64,000 nt of DNA from Bacteroidota bacterium (GCA_039030555.1 JBCCDY010000001.1:253141-317140), one strand, 5' to 3'. Shown: positions 31,206-42,224, numbered from the stretch's first letter. Notes: generated by a model not told the origin, from the sequence alone. Numbers and translations are program-made.

Positions 31206-32795
31206 ATGGAATTTATAAGTGGCATAATCGGACTGGTCGTCGTTATATTTATTTTTATCGCCCTGGTATTCGTCGCACGATACAAACGCTGCCCCTCAAA
31301 CAAAATATTAGTTGTTTACGGTAAAGTAGGACCATCTAAAAGCGCTAAATGTGTTCATGGTGGGGGCTCTTTCATTATGCCCGTCATTCAGAATTATTCC
31401 TATCTCAATTTGAGCCCCATTCCGATTGAAATAGACTTAAGGGGTGCACTTTCAAAGCAAAATATTCGGATCAATACACCAAGTACTTTTACCGTTGGGG
31501 TTTCTACTCAAGAAGGTATTATGTTGAATGCTGCCGAAAGATTACTTGAGTTGAACGAAGATGAAATCAAAGCACAGGCACTCGACATTATTATAGGGCA
31601 GCTTCGTTTGGTTATCGCCACGCTCTCCATTGAGGAGATCAATAAAGACCGTGAGCAATTCCTTCAGTTAATAAACAAACATGTGGCTTCCGAGCTTAAC
31701 AAAATTGGTTTAGAACTGATCAATGTGAACATCAAAGATATCACAGACGAGTCCGGTTATATTGAAGCGATCGGTAAAAAAGCTGCTGCTGAAGCAGTTA
31801 ATAAAGCTAAGGTTGAAGTAGCAGAACAAGAGGCAAGCGGAGCGATGGGTGAAGCACAAGCTGCCAGGGAAAAAGATGTAAAAGTAGCTAGTGAAGTTGC
31901 CCAATCCGAACAAGGAGTTAAAGAAGCAGAGGCTACGAAAAGAGTTTCGATTGCAAACTCTGAAACCCAGGCTAAAGTCGGTGAAGCAAAAGCTTCTAGA
32001 GAGCAACAGGTTCAATTAGCTACGGAAAGTGCTAAATCAGAAGAAGGGCGGAAGCAGGCAGAAGCTAAAAAGCGGGTTTCAATTGCCGACCTGGAAGCTG
32101 AAGCTGTAGCCGGAGAAAATACTTCCAGGGCCAGAGAAGCCGATTCGAATGCAGAACTTTCTGAAAAAAGGGCTGAGGCCAAGAAAAGGAGTGAGGTAGC
32201 ACAAGCAGAAGCTGAAAAAGCCATTTTAGCAGCTCAAAAGGCAGCTGAAATGGTTCGGTTAGAAAAAGAACAAATCGTACAAAACGAAATCGATAAACAG
32301 AAGCAAATTATCGATGCAGAAGCAAAAGCAGCAGAAATCAGAAGTATAGCACAAGGTGAAGCTGATTCAACTTTATTCAGGTTTCAAGCTGAAGCAAAGG
32401 GTATGCAAGAGCTTTTAAACTCTAAGGCTGAAGGTTATAGGAAAATTATGGAAGCCTGTGGTGGTGATAGCAAAGCCGCAGCCACTTTGCTTCTCTTAGA
32501 ACAATTGGATACACTCGTATCTCGACAAACGGAAGCCCTGGCCAATCTCAAAATTGATAAAATTACCGTTTGGGATTCAGGAGCTGGAAACGACGGACAA
32601 AACAGCACTTCATCATTCATCCGGAATTTTATTGGGGCCCTTCCTCCAATTCATGAGCTAGCCAAACAAGCTGGAATTAATCTTCCGGAGTATTTGGGTA
32701 GTGTAGTCGGTGTTGATAATTTACCTAACCAACCGATAGAAACCCCAGAGGAAAGCGACACTCCTGAATTGGGAGATGAATCCGAAGAAGATTAA
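31206..32795 (+). CDS. flotillin-family SPFH/band-7 protein (YqiK-like)
   Basis: 529 aa. N-terminal TM and SPFH domain, then a long EA-rich coiled coil with internal repeats (KRVSIANSE / KRVSIADLE). Confidence 0.8.
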   Translation: MEFISGIIGLVVVIFIFIALVFVARYKRCPSNKILVVYGKVGPSKSAKCVHGGGSFIMPVIQNYSYLNLSPIPIEIDLRGALSKQNIRINTPSTFTVGVSTQEGIMLNAAERLLELNEDEIKAQALDIIIGQLRLVIATLSIEEINKDREQFLQLINKHVASELNKIGLELINVNIKDITDESGYIEAIGKKAAAEAVNKAKVEVAEQEASGAMGEAQAAREKDVKVASEVAQSEQGVKEAEATKRVSIANSETQAKVGEAKASREQQVQLATESAKSEEGRKQAEAKKRVSIADLEAEAVAGENTSRAREADSNAELSEKRAEAKKRSEVAQAEAEKAILAAQKAAEMVRLEKEQIVQNEIDKQKQIIDAEAKAAEIRSIAQGEADSTLFRFQAEAKGMQELLNSKAEGYRKIMEACGGDSKAAATLLLLEQLDTLVSRQTEALANLKIDKITVWDSGAGNDGQNSTSSFIRNFIGALPPIHELAKQAGINLPEYLGSVVGVDNLPNQPIETPEESDTPELGDESEED

Positions 32796-33003
32796 ATTTT
32801 TGATAGCTAAGCTACAGAAGGTTTTGAGCAGTTAGTGTAAAACGTTCAACGAAGCAGATCGGGGGTTAATCTAATTTTGGCTATTTTAGTTATATTTCAC
32901 TTTACAATCAGCACGTGAATTCCAATTAAATTGGTTATTTTATACTATAGTCGCTTTCAATTCATGTTTAAGTGACTAGGAGGTTTATTGAAAACCCTTT
33001 AGT

Positions 33004-35694
33004 ATGAATATCGAAACAAGCTTTGAAAATCCCTCTTTAACGGAGACTTACATCAATACCTGCCCGTCAGGTCTTGCCATATCGGAAGATGGAAAAATTA
33101 TTAAGGTCAACCAATTACTGTGTGACCTGCTTCAAGTCAGCCCAAATGAAATCCTTGGTAAATCCATTGAGAAATATGTGAGTCAAGAGGATCGTAAAAA
33201 GCTTGAACCGCTTGAGGCGCTGTCAAACAAAGAGAACGAATCTATTGCTGCTAGTTTTGTCGATAGTAAAAAGAACAAGGTAGACTGTGACGTTAAAGGT
33301 CAAACCCTTCAAATTGAAGATAAAACATATTGCTTTTACTACTTAGACAGACGGAAATCCAATCAGATCACTTCTGAAACACTGAATGCACTGCTCACAA
33401 GAATGGCTGATGTGAAAGCTGAGACTATTTTTGAAAGCACAGTTTCAATTCTGTCTGACGTACTTGATTTCCATTATGTATTTATCGGAATCTACGACAA
33501 AGAATCTAATGAAATAACCATTCGTGCAATGGGCATTGATGGAGAGATGCAATCTCCGTTTTCATACAATGTTTCCAATACACCATGTGGAGAAGTTATT
33601 AACAATGGATGTTGCCTCTCGGGCACTTCAACTCAGGAAAAATACCCTGAAGACTTTTATCTGGTTGACTGGAGAGTAGAATCTTATGTAGGCGTTTCAT
33701 TAAAAAATAGTGAGAGGGAGACCATCGGGCACCTAGCAGTGATGGATACCAAGCCAATTGAAAATACAGAATTGGTTTCTTCAATGCTTTCCATCTTTGC
33801 CCACCGATTAGGCTTGGAAATGGAGCTTGAGCAGCGAGAAAAGGATGCTCAATCCAGTCAAGATCGATATAGGAATGTGTTCAATAATTCTTTTGAGGCC
33901 AAGATTATTTATGACAAGAGCCAAGAGAAAATAATTGATGTTAACGAAGCTGCTGTTGAGCTATTTCAATATAAGCGCAATCAATTCAAAAAAGTAGAGC
34001 TTTCTGACCTGAAGCCTTCGTATTTGGAAGATGCTATGCTCAATAATGCCAGATCTTTAGAAGAAGGGAAAAAGGTGATTGTCCAATCAGTGGGTAAGAA
34101 AGCAGATGGTAGCTACTTCGAAACAGATGTCGCCTACACTGTTTTTGATGAAGAAGAGAATTTAATCATAATCTCTTATAGAGACGTTTCTGAAACGAAA
34201 AAAGCAATTGATAAGCTAAAAGTAAGCGAATCGCGGTTCAGAAGCCTTTTTGACTTTTCTTTCGATGCCATTTTCTTATACAATATTGAAAAAAATATAT
34301 ATGAAAACTGTAATGAGAGGGCAGCAGAGCTTTTTGGATTTACGAAAAAGGAGTTGATTGGAAAAACACCTGAGGATCTCGTATCAGAAATTCAGAAAAA
34401 CTTTATCAAAAGAGATGATGCTCTAAAGACGCAGAAAAAAGTACTGAAGCAGAATAAAAAGCTTCATTTTGAATTCAATTTTAAAAAAGCGGATGGGACC
34501 ATTTTTGAGGCAGAAGTTTCCCTTCTCCCAACCAAGGAAAAATCAAGAAATTACTGCATTGTTGTAATTAATGATATCTCTCAAAACAAGCGATACGAAA
34601 GAGTCCTTAAGGATCGTCAAAAATTTCTAAAAACAATTATTGACCTTAATCCAAATCTTGTTTATGCTAAGGATCGAGATTTAAGATTTACACTTGCTAA
34701 TCAAGCTACCGGGGATTTTTTGGGTGTCCCTCCTGAGCAACTTATAGGTAAAAGGTGGGAAGATTTCTGCAAGGTAGCTTCTGAAAGAAATCGAATTCAA
34801 AAAACGGATCTACAAATAATTGACTCAAAAGAACCGCTTCAGGTAAGTGCAGAAACCCTTACCTGTGCAAAAAAAGAAAAGCACTATATGCAAACTTCAA
34901 AGCTACCTATTCTAAATAGCGCTGGTGAAGTAGAAGTGATTTTAAGTGTTTCGACAGATATTACCCCGCATATTACGACTGAAAACAAACTTAAAGAGAG
35001 CAATAATTCATTGAAAAAGGTCAATAATGAACTAGACCATTTTGTCTATCGTGCCTCTCATGATTTAAGGGCTCCTTTGGCTTCCATCTTAGGATTAACG
35101 AACCTCGTAAGATTTGAAAAATCCGTCAAAGGCATGTTGAAATACAATGACTTTGTTGAAGCGCAGGTCAAAAAACTGGATGGTTTTATCAAAGAGATCA
35201 TTGATTATTCTAAAGTAAGCAGGACCGAAGTTCAGGTTGAAAATATAGATTTTGAAAAACTATTAAATGAGATTTTTGAAAGTCTGAAGTATTTAGAACA
35301 GTGTAAGCAGATCAAAAGGGAATTCAGTCTTAAGAAAGATGCAGATTTCTACTCTGATAATCGAACGCTCAACATCATATTCAAGAATTTAATATCTAAC
35401 AGTATTAAATACAGCGACTCGAAAAAACCCAATTCATTTATCAACTTTTCAGTTGAGATCAATGAAGAAAGTGCATCCATCATTCTTGAGGATAATGGAA
35501 TTGGTATTGAAGAAGAACAGGTTCCTAAAATCTTTAATATGTTTCACAGAGCAACTGAATCCAGCGATGGATCTGGACTAGGATTATTCATTGTAAAACA
35601 GTCGCTGGAAAAATTGGGTGGAGATATTTTGGTAGAGTCTGAACATAAAAAGCAAACAAAGTTTGTGGTTACCATTCCGAATTCTATTAAATAG
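33004..35694 (+). CDS. multi-sensor (PAS/GAF) histidine kinase
   Basis: 896 aa. HisKA H-box HFVYRASHDLRAPLASILGL and C-terminal HATPase_c motifs (DNGIGIEEEQ, GSGLGLFIVK). No adjacent response regulator. Confidence 0.8.
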   Translation: MNIETSFENPSLTETYINTCPSGLAISEDGKIIKVNQLLCDLLQVSPNEILGKSIEKYVSQEDRKKLEPLEALSNKENESIAASFVDSKKNKVDCDVKGQTLQIEDKTYCFYYLDRRKSNQITSETLNALLTRMADVKAETIFESTVSILSDVLDFHYVFIGIYDKESNEITIRAMGIDGEMQSPFSYNVSNTPCGEVINNGCCLSGTSTQEKYPEDFYLVDWRVESYVGVSLKNSERETIGHLAVMDTKPIENTELVSSMLSIFAHRLGLEMELEQREKDAQSSQDRYRNVFNNSFEAKIIYDKSQEKIIDVNEAAVELFQYKRNQFKKVELSDLKPSYLEDAMLNNARSLEEGKKVIVQSVGKKADGSYFETDVAYTVFDEEENLIIISYRDVSETKKAIDKLKVSESRFRSLFDFSFDAIFLYNIEKNIYENCNERAAELFGFTKKELIGKTPEDLVSEIQKNFIKRDDALKTQKKVLKQNKKLHFEFNFKKADGTIFEAEVSLLPTKEKSRNYCIVVINDISQNKRYERVLKDRQKFLKTIIDLNPNLVYAKDRDLRFTLANQATGDFLGVPPEQLIGKRWEDFCKVASERNRIQKTDLQIIDSKEPLQVSAETLTCAKKEKHYMQTSKLPILNSAGEVEVILSVSTDITPHITTENKLKESNNSLKKVNNELDHFVYRASHDLRAPLASILGLTNLVRFEKSVKGMLKYNDFVEAQVKKLDGFIKEIIDYSKVSRTEVQVENIDFEKLLNEIFESLKYLEQCKQIKREFSLKKDADFYSDNRTLNIIFKNLISNSIKYSDSKKPNSFINFSVEINEESASIILEDNGIGIEEEQVPKIFNMFHRATESSDGSGLGLFIVKQSLEKLGGDILVESEHKKQTKFVVTIPNSIK

Positions 35695-35875
35695 CTTTTT
35701 ATCTCCGGCGATACAGGGCTCCCTTTCGATTGTAAATGTTTTTGTAGTCCCACTGAATTATTCTTGGGCTTACTGTAACGCGTAATTGGATTCACTTCCA
35801 AAAAACAGACTGAATGCTTATGCCATGTTTTGCTTTCTGTATCAGTCTACTATCAATCATCCTGACCGAACACTG

Positions 35876-36763
35876 TCAACTTTCGGGATTTATACGGGTG
35901 CCCAGCTCTCTCAATTTTCCGATTTGCTGTAACTGTTCAGGCATTTTATCCAAGTTTTCTACAAAGGTCCAGACATAGTTTATGAGCATGAACAGGTGAC
36001 CAGCCGTCACACCACTTTTCGTTCCCATATGAATGAATAGAGCACCAAACAGCATTGCTGCGATCAAACCAATGCCCAAATAAGCTTTTGCCTCCAGGTC
36101 CGATAGCTGGATCCTTCTACCACCCACAACATGAAAGTGTCTTGCAATCATGAGTGGAGTTCCTTTTGTAACGATCAAGGGCTCATTTTCCTTTTGGTCA
36201 TGAAGCCACTCAGCAAATCTTTGAGATTTCCTCATGAATCGGAAGCCACTTAAAACAGAAAATAGTAAGGCTCCTGCTGCCAGGACTCCTATTAAAGGTT
36301 CGAGAATGACAAGCATGATAACAGCCCCAGCTACAGAGATGATGGCTGTTACAAAAGCAGGTACCTGTATTTCGAAGAAATCGACAAACTGTCTGGCTAA
36401 TCCTGCATGTACTATGGTAGAGTTGGGGGATAGGCCTTGCCTGCGTTCTGATAGGATCACTTTCCCTGCTAACTCTTTATAAATATGCGTGTAAACCCTA
36501 GTATCTACCGCTCTTCTCAGAGCTCCAACCAACCAGAAAGTAAAGATTATTCCCATCATAATGAAAGCGGTAGACAAGTTACCTTCCAGGACGGCATCCA
36601 AAGCCACGCCGGCAATAACCGGATACAGGAGTTCCAATCCATTTTCAGCTAATACCAGTCCTCCGGTAATTGATAATTTACCTGGGTATTGCTTCAGGAT
36701 GCCTGCAAGCACCTTGCTGGCGCTTTGCCTCCCCACTCCAGTCTCCTGAGTGACTGCTTCCAT
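35876..36763 (-). CDS. ABC-exporter transmembrane domain only (six TM, no nucleotide-binding domain)
   Basis: 295 aa ABC type-I exporter TMD pattern. Ends exactly where an NBD would normally begin. Local GC is modestly higher than the surroundings. Confidence 0.5.
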   Translation of the reverse strand: MEAVTQETGVGRQSASKVLAGILKQYPGKLSITGGLVLAENGLELLYPVIAGVALDAVLEGNLSTAFIMMGIIFTFWLVGALRRAVDTRVYTHIYKELAGKVILSERRQGLSPNSTIVHAGLARQFVDFFEIQVPAFVTAIISVAGAVIMLVILEPLIGVLAAGALLFSVLSGFRFMRKSQRFAEWLHDQKENEPLIVTKGTPLMIARHFHVVGGRRIQLSDLEAKAYLGIGLIAAMLFGALFIHMGTKSGVTAGHLFMLINYVWTFVENLDKMPEQLQQIGKLRELGTRINPES

Positions 36764-36779
36764 AATAGAGGTTCAGTTA

Positions 36780-37223
36780 TCAGTCCTTATCCAGTACAGA
36801 AGGCCAATTGGCTTCTGCTTTTTTAATTCTATCGGCTTCATCAGCTTCCCATATTTTTTTGACATCGAGATCATAGTTCAGGTACAGCTTACCGTCTACT
36901 ATCTTCCACGCTTCGGGTTCAATTTTAGCAGTATATCCTTCAGATACCGCATAGGCACAATATCCTCCATATTGCGGGGCATAAGCTTCAGGATCCGTTT
37001 TGAATGCATCGAGATTCTTTTTGCTCGCAAAATACCAGTTGGCGTCTTTCCATTTATAAGTTATGTTCTTTTTCCCTTTAACCGGCTTTGATTCCGTGAA
37101 ATAAGATACGGGATCATAACCTTTGATTGCTCCTGTAGCGTCACTATAGATATAAGCTTCTTGAGCAAGTGCACAAAATGACCAAAAAGACGATAGTACG
37201 AAAAGTAAGAATAGAGTTTTCAT
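36780..37223 (-). CDS. YHS-domain secreted protein
   Basis: Signal peptide plus KGYDPVSYF...YGGYCAYAVSEG, the Bacteroidota YHS-domain family pattern. Confidence 0.5.
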   Translation of the reverse strand: MKTLFLLFVLSSFWSFCALAQEAYIYSDATGAIKGYDPVSYFTESKPVKGKKNITYKWKDANWYFASKKNLDAFKTDPEAYAPQYGGYCAYAVSEGYTAKIEPEAWKIVDGKLYLNYDLDVKKIWEADEADRIKKAEANWPSVLDKD

Positions 37224-37381
37224 AAAATTTTAAATTTTGATTTAAGATTAAATTGATAAGTTCTTCTATAATGTGCTTGCTGTGATTAATCTCAGTGGAT
37301 TTCACAAACTTTGTAAAGCCCGATATATCTGGAATGAATAGCGTTGCCTCGGCCATATCAAGAATTCAAAAGCTTTGGCAA

Positions 37382-37858
37382 TTACTCCTGGTAAAGTACA
37401 ATCTCTCGCGATTTTATTAAGCCTAAAGCCATAAGGATGCAAAATGCAAATGGCATTATGAAGAGTGGTGTTCCCGTCTTTGCGTAGAATACATATGCGC
37501 TGTAAGTGTCCAGGAAACCGAGCCATATCAGAGATACCAGCATATACCACCAGGCCCATTTGTTCTGGTACTTCAGTGCATAACGTGAAATCATTATAAT
37601 AGAAAAAGCACCTGTAATGATATTGACTGCACTAACCGACAGGATTAAGTCGAGAAAATCACCAGAATTTTCTGAAACCACTACAATATCATGGTAACTA
37701 AAATCCAGTTTATTAAGTATCAAATTCCAGCTCGAACTTCCATTACTTTTTGAGATCGCAGAGGTTATTAGGGTTACAAACCCAGCAGTGAGTGGGACAA
37801 ACCCTGCTGCAAAGTTCCATTTCCAGGTATTACTTTTTACTCTATGTTGCATAGTCAC
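37382..37858 (-). CDS. hypothetical integral membrane protein
   Basis: 158 aa with about 4 TM. No recognisable motif. Confidence 0.35.
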   Translation of the reverse strand: MTMQHRVKSNTWKWNFAAGFVPLTAGFVTLITSAISKSNGSSSWNLILNKLDFSYHDIVVVSENSGDFLDLILSVSAVNIITGAFSIIMISRYALKYQNKWAWWYMLVSLIWLGFLDTYSAYVFYAKTGTPLFIMPFAFCILMALGLIKSREIVLYQE

Positions 37859-38024
37859 TCCGTTTTACCACTACTTTCATTACTTGCCAGAGATAGAAAT
37901 CACCTTTAGACCAGTTATCAAGTATTGAATTATCATATACAATTTTGCCAAAGCTATTCTGGCAATACTTTATGAAAATGGACAGGAAGTCCACAGGTAT
38001 GGACTATTGGGTCAGTAAATTCAG

Positions 38025-38852
38025 CTATCGAAAATTACTTGGAGAAATGCCTGATTTTTTCTTAAATACTCGCGTAAAATATAAAGGGTCGTTGAATCCT
38101 ACCTCATAGGCGATCTCACTGATGGACATCGATGTAACCTTTAGGAGCTCTTTTGCTTTTTCGAGTCTTTTCGTAGTAATATAGTTTTTAGGGCTGTCGT
38201 TGAATTCTTTCTTAAACTCCCTTTTGAATGAGGACAAGCTTAAACCACAAAGTTTAGCCATTTCTTCCAGGCTTAGATTGGAAGAAAAATGTAATTCGAC
38301 AACTTCTTTTAGGCGAACTCTTCTTTTGGAATAAAGATCGGAAATGAGCTCCAGAACGGAATCTACATATTTGGTTTTTAACAGTATCATAACCAGTTCT
38401 TTGACCTTCAATTCAAGAAGTTCACTATTAATCAGCGCAGGATTTTGAAGATAAGAGTCTAACGCGTCAATAAATTTTGAAATGATCTCATTTGAAGCAA
38501 TGACCTGACTTTGTTTTTGGAGCTCCCTCTTCTGTATGATTTGAGGTAAATCTTGGATAAATATCTTTCTGAGTACTTCAGGGTACAGATGTATGACGAA
38601 TATCTCCACCTGTTGCTCACCAGTTTGATTAAGTAAATCCAAATAATGATGACCGCACATAAACAGTACCGACTCCTGATCTCTCACTTTTCCCCTGTTT
38701 TCCGCAGAAAAAAGATTAAGCTCAACTCCTTTAAAATAGATGAAGCATCCTCTATTATCAAAGTGAAGTTCATGTCTCAAAGGTGGTTCAACAGTGTACT
38801 TCTCGAAAAGTACTTTTTCCTGGTAATCAATAGTCAGTCTTTCAATAAGCAT
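38025..38852 (-). CDS. AraC-family transcriptional regulator
   Basis: C-terminal HTH_18 (ISEIAYEVGFNDPLYFTRVFKKKSGISPSNFR) and an N-terminal cupin-like sensing domain. Confidence 0.75.
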   Translation of the reverse strand: MLIERLTIDYQEKVLFEKYTVEPPLRHELHFDNRGCFIYFKGVELNLFSAENRGKVRDQESVLFMCGHHYLDLLNQTGEQQVEIFVIHLYPEVLRKIFIQDLPQIIQKRELQKQSQVIASNEIISKFIDALDSYLQNPALINSELLELKVKELVMILLKTKYVDSVLELISDLYSKRRVRLKEVVELHFSSNLSLEEMAKLCGLSLSSFKREFKKEFNDSPKNYITTKRLEKAKELLKVTSMSISEIAYEVGFNDPLYFTRVFKKKSGISPSNFR

Positions 38853-39027
38853 TGTATATCAAAATCAATTGGCAAGATAAAAATGAACAATTCAAGAAAC
38901 CATGGATTCTGATAAGTGACAGGAAGAATATGGCTTAAAATGCAGTTAAAGGGGCCTCATTTGATATAATTTACGTGGTTATGGTCATTTACATCAATTA
39001 CAACTGGATAAAAGAGAACTTAACGGT

Positions 39028-41400
39028 TTAAAAATCAACCACAATTCCAATCGTCGGTAGAATTTGACCGTTGTCTACTCCTTCTACTTCAATAATTTGA
39101 CGCGGAGATAGCTCAGCTCCTTGTTCGTTTCTTGCCAATCCAAAGAGTGGTGGATTAGGAATGTCTGAATCGGTCAGGTTTTCTATCTCAAGGAAAACAT
39201 TGAGTGACCATTTATTGAAGTTCCACTTTTTATCGAAACGTACATCTAACTGAAAAAATCTACTTAATCGTTGAGCACCTAAAGTTAGATAATCAAACTC
39301 CAAAATCGGATATGAATTTAATGTCGCTTCCTCATCCAATAATGGGAATGGAGTTTGTCCTAAGAACCTGACCCTTGAACTAATTTCCCAGTTTTTCTTG
39401 AGTTTGTAGCCTCCGGTGAAAGTGAACAAATGGCGACTATCCCATGCTGAAGGCAAAAAATTATCTGGATCAAAGCCGGTATATTCGCTTCTGAACAATG
39501 TATAAGCAACTATAGCATAGATATTATCGGTGAATTTTTTATTGAGCAACAGCTCCAGGCCATAAGTCCTACCTTTTCCGATACTTTCAATATTTTCATT
39601 ACCCAATACCTCAAATCCACCCCCTAAATTTGCTAACGAAACACTATCGGTCGTAGAAACCGGATAGTCGCGATATCTTTTATAGAAGCCTTCCGCAGAA
39701 ATTTTCAGGCTAGGACTAATCAAACGTTCAAGCCCCAAAACCACATGGTCATTTTGAATATAGTCTGCAGATCGATTGGTTAATTCACCTGAATTGTCTC
39801 TAAAGCCAAGCATTGTAAGCGTTGGAATTTTATAATACCTACCAACAGAAGCATTAACTTTCCAACGCTGCTTTTCATCCAGTGCATAAGAGGCCGAAAG
39901 CCGTGGACTAAACGTACGCCATATCTCATTTCCATTATCCGTGAATGTATTGCCATCAAAACGAATCCCTAAAGAAGCACTAAGTCTCCCATTCATAAAG
40001 TCTTCTGAAACTTGTCCAAAAAGGCCGTATCTCCAAAAATCTATATTTGAGCTAAAATCCAGGTTATCCGGTATATCTCTTGTGCTTGTTTCATAATTGA
40101 TTTGCTGAATAGTGGCTCCGCCAGAAAATGTTCTATCGCCCTTAAATTTTGTGATTTCATAACGAAGCTTGTTTTGCCACTCTCTTGAATCATTCAGAAA
40201 TAAAGGTGTTTCCTGATTTTGGTTATCTTCAAATTGAGTGAATTCATTATTGAAAATATTAGTACTTAAAGCTGTTCTCATAAAACCTGAGCCATCTTTA
40301 AACCTCCTTCTCCACGATAAGCCAGTTGTATTCGTCCACTGCTGGATGATGGGGACTTGATCGAGATTAGCTTGATCCTCAGCGTCAATTTCATCAGGAA
40401 CATTTATAGAGAAATCATCAATAGATCCAACTCCTATGAAGTTGATCTCATTATAATCATCGATTTTATGATTGAGCTTGTACTGAAAGTCCCAGTAGTC
40501 AGGTAAGAAGGGGAGATCCAAGGCTTCAAATAGCAACTGTAGATACGATCTACGAACTGAGGCTATTACAGTAGTCTTGCTGGATTCTTTATCCTTTTTT
40601 CCAAGAGGCCCTTCCAGGGTAAGGGCCGTTTCACTGGAACTTACTCTAACGTTTCCCTGAAAATTTCTATTATTCCCATTTCTCTGGTCAAACTGAAGCA
40701 CCCCTGAAAGTACATCATCATACTTTGCAGCAAAAGCACTCGTAGATAGTGTTACTCCTTCAAAAAAAGACACGTTTAGAAGGCCAACTGGACCTCCTGC
40801 TGCACCTTGAGTAGAAAAGTGATTAATTGTAGGAATTTCTATTCCATCTAAATAGTATACATTTTCGTTGGGTGCTCCTCCACGAATGATGATATCGTTT
40901 CTGAAGCCCCCTACGGAAGCTCCTACACCCGGAAGCGACTGTGCAACTTTGGCTATATCATTATTTCCACCCGGATAATTAGCAATTTCTTCCCTTGAAA
41001 GACGATTAATAGAAAGAGGTGTTTCTTCTGTCCTTGCAAATGGGCTTGCCGTAACCACCACATCTTCTAATTGTGTTGCTGCTTCATTCAAATCAAAGTT
41101 TAAATCAGGGTTTCCAGCAGATCTAAGAATAACATTATAGAAGGTCCTTAATTCATATCCAATATAGGTTGCTGTAATATTGTAAGCCTGAGGTGGTATA
41201 TTATCTATTGTATAAAAACCATTGATATCTGTTGCAGCTCCAAGGTCAGTTCCTTCAATTTTAACCGTTACCCCAATTAGGGCTTCTTGAGTTTTTGAGT
41301 CTTTAACATAACCTGATAGTTTTGCTACCTGTGCTATGACAGATGCGTTTAGAAAGAATACTAAACAAAAGGTGATCTTAAATTGTATTAAATTTCTCAT
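39028..41400 (-). CDS. TonB-dependent receptor with N-terminal carboxypeptidase-regulatory-like domain
   Basis: 790 aa. Signal peptide, CarbopepD_reg-like GYVKDSKTQEALIGVTVKIEGT, plug, and a barrel ending in an aromatic residue (VVDF). Confidence 0.8.
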   Translation of the reverse strand: MRNLIQFKITFCLVFFLNASVIAQVAKLSGYVKDSKTQEALIGVTVKIEGTDLGAATDINGFYTIDNIPPQAYNITATYIGYELRTFYNVILRSAGNPDLNFDLNEAATQLEDVVVTASPFARTEETPLSINRLSREEIANYPGGNNDIAKVAQSLPGVGASVGGFRNDIIIRGGAPNENVYYLDGIEIPTINHFSTQGAAGGPVGLLNVSFFEGVTLSTSAFAAKYDDVLSGVLQFDQRNGNNRNFQGNVRVSSSETALTLEGPLGKKDKESSKTTVIASVRRSYLQLLFEALDLPFLPDYWDFQYKLNHKIDDYNEINFIGVGSIDDFSINVPDEIDAEDQANLDQVPIIQQWTNTTGLSWRRRFKDGSGFMRTALSTNIFNNEFTQFEDNQNQETPLFLNDSREWQNKLRYEITKFKGDRTFSGGATIQQINYETSTRDIPDNLDFSSNIDFWRYGLFGQVSEDFMNGRLSASLGIRFDGNTFTDNGNEIWRTFSPRLSASYALDEKQRWKVNASVGRYYKIPTLTMLGFRDNSGELTNRSADYIQNDHVVLGLERLISPSLKISAEGFYKRYRDYPVSTTDSVSLANLGGGFEVLGNENIESIGKGRTYGLELLLNKKFTDNIYAIVAYTLFRSEYTGFDPDNFLPSAWDSRHLFTFTGGYKLKKNWEISSRVRFLGQTPFPLLDEEATLNSYPILEFDYLTLGAQRLSRFFQLDVRFDKKWNFNKWSLNVFLEIENLTDSDIPNPPLFGLARNEQGAELSPRQIIEVEGVDNGQILPTIGIVVDF

Positions 41401-41480
41401 GATTTTGTAATAACTGAATGCAAGAACTCAAATTGATACAATTTTGTTTCATAATCATTACAATTTCATATTAAATTAAT

Positions 41481-42101
41481 ATGAAGGAAGCTGAACATTT
41501 ACATGAATTACTTAATCATTGGATTAAATATTCTAGATCTTACCCTACAACTTCGACTCATGATTTTGCAAAGTGGTTACTTAATCAAACTGAAAGCAGG
41601 ATAGAAGAATCTGGCCAAGCCCAAACATTAATGGGTAAACAAATGCAACTGGGAATACTTTTAGGCAGATTATCGAATTTTGCTGATCTATGGGGAAAAT
41701 TAGCTTTCAAAGACATCCCAATCAGAAGTTTTGAGGAGTACGGCATTTTAAAAGAAGTAGAGTACAAGCAAAGTCCATCAAAAAATGAGCTTGCCAATGT
41801 TCTGGTCAATGAAAAAAGTACAGCCTTCGAAATCATTAAAAGACTGATTAGAGATGGTTTATTCTCTGAGTCGATAGACAAAAATGATAAACGTATAAGG
41901 CGAGTTACACTTACTCAAAAAGGGAAAAAAGTCATTGAAAAAGCTGATCATCAAGCGCAAAAAGTTGCTCAACTACTGGTTGGTAACTCAACGGAACAGG
42001 ATATTGATGACCTCATAAAGAAGTTTTCTTATCTCAATGATTTTCACACCGGTAAATATGAATCTGAGGGTTGGAAAAGTATTGATGACCTCCTTAATTA
42101 A
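41481..42101 (+). CDS. MarR-like winged-helix regulator
   Basis: NELANVLVNEKSTAFEIIKRLIRDGLFSESIDKNDKRIRRVTLTQKG is a MarR-type wHTH. Divergent from the TonB-dependent receptor. Confidence 0.5.
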   Translation: MKEAEHLHELLNHWIKYSRSYPTTSTHDFAKWLLNQTESRIEESGQAQTLMGKQMQLGILLGRLSNFADLWGKLAFKDIPIRSFEEYGILKEVEYKQSPSKNELANVLVNEKSTAFEIIKRLIRDGLFSESIDKNDKRIRRVTLTQKGKKVIEKADHQAQKVAQLLVGNSTEQDIDDLIKKFSYLNDFHTGKYESEGWKSIDDLLN

Positions 42102-42224
42102 CTCTTCTCATTCCGAAAGCCAAAAGTCATCCGACCGCTTGGAACGGTCAGACGACTTATAAAACTTGTGAGTCACAAAATTGCGGAGGAGGGGAAACCC
42201 TCTTATGAGTTTCTAATTCTTTTA

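Noticed and set aside
31800-32400. Internal repeats in the flotillin gene that could resemble a tandem or CRISPR-like array.
   Set aside because: The repeats are at the amino-acid level (EA-rich coiled-coil heptads, for example KRVSIANSE / KRVSIADLE). DNA copies are diverged, there are no regular spacers, and the region is in frame within a long ORF.
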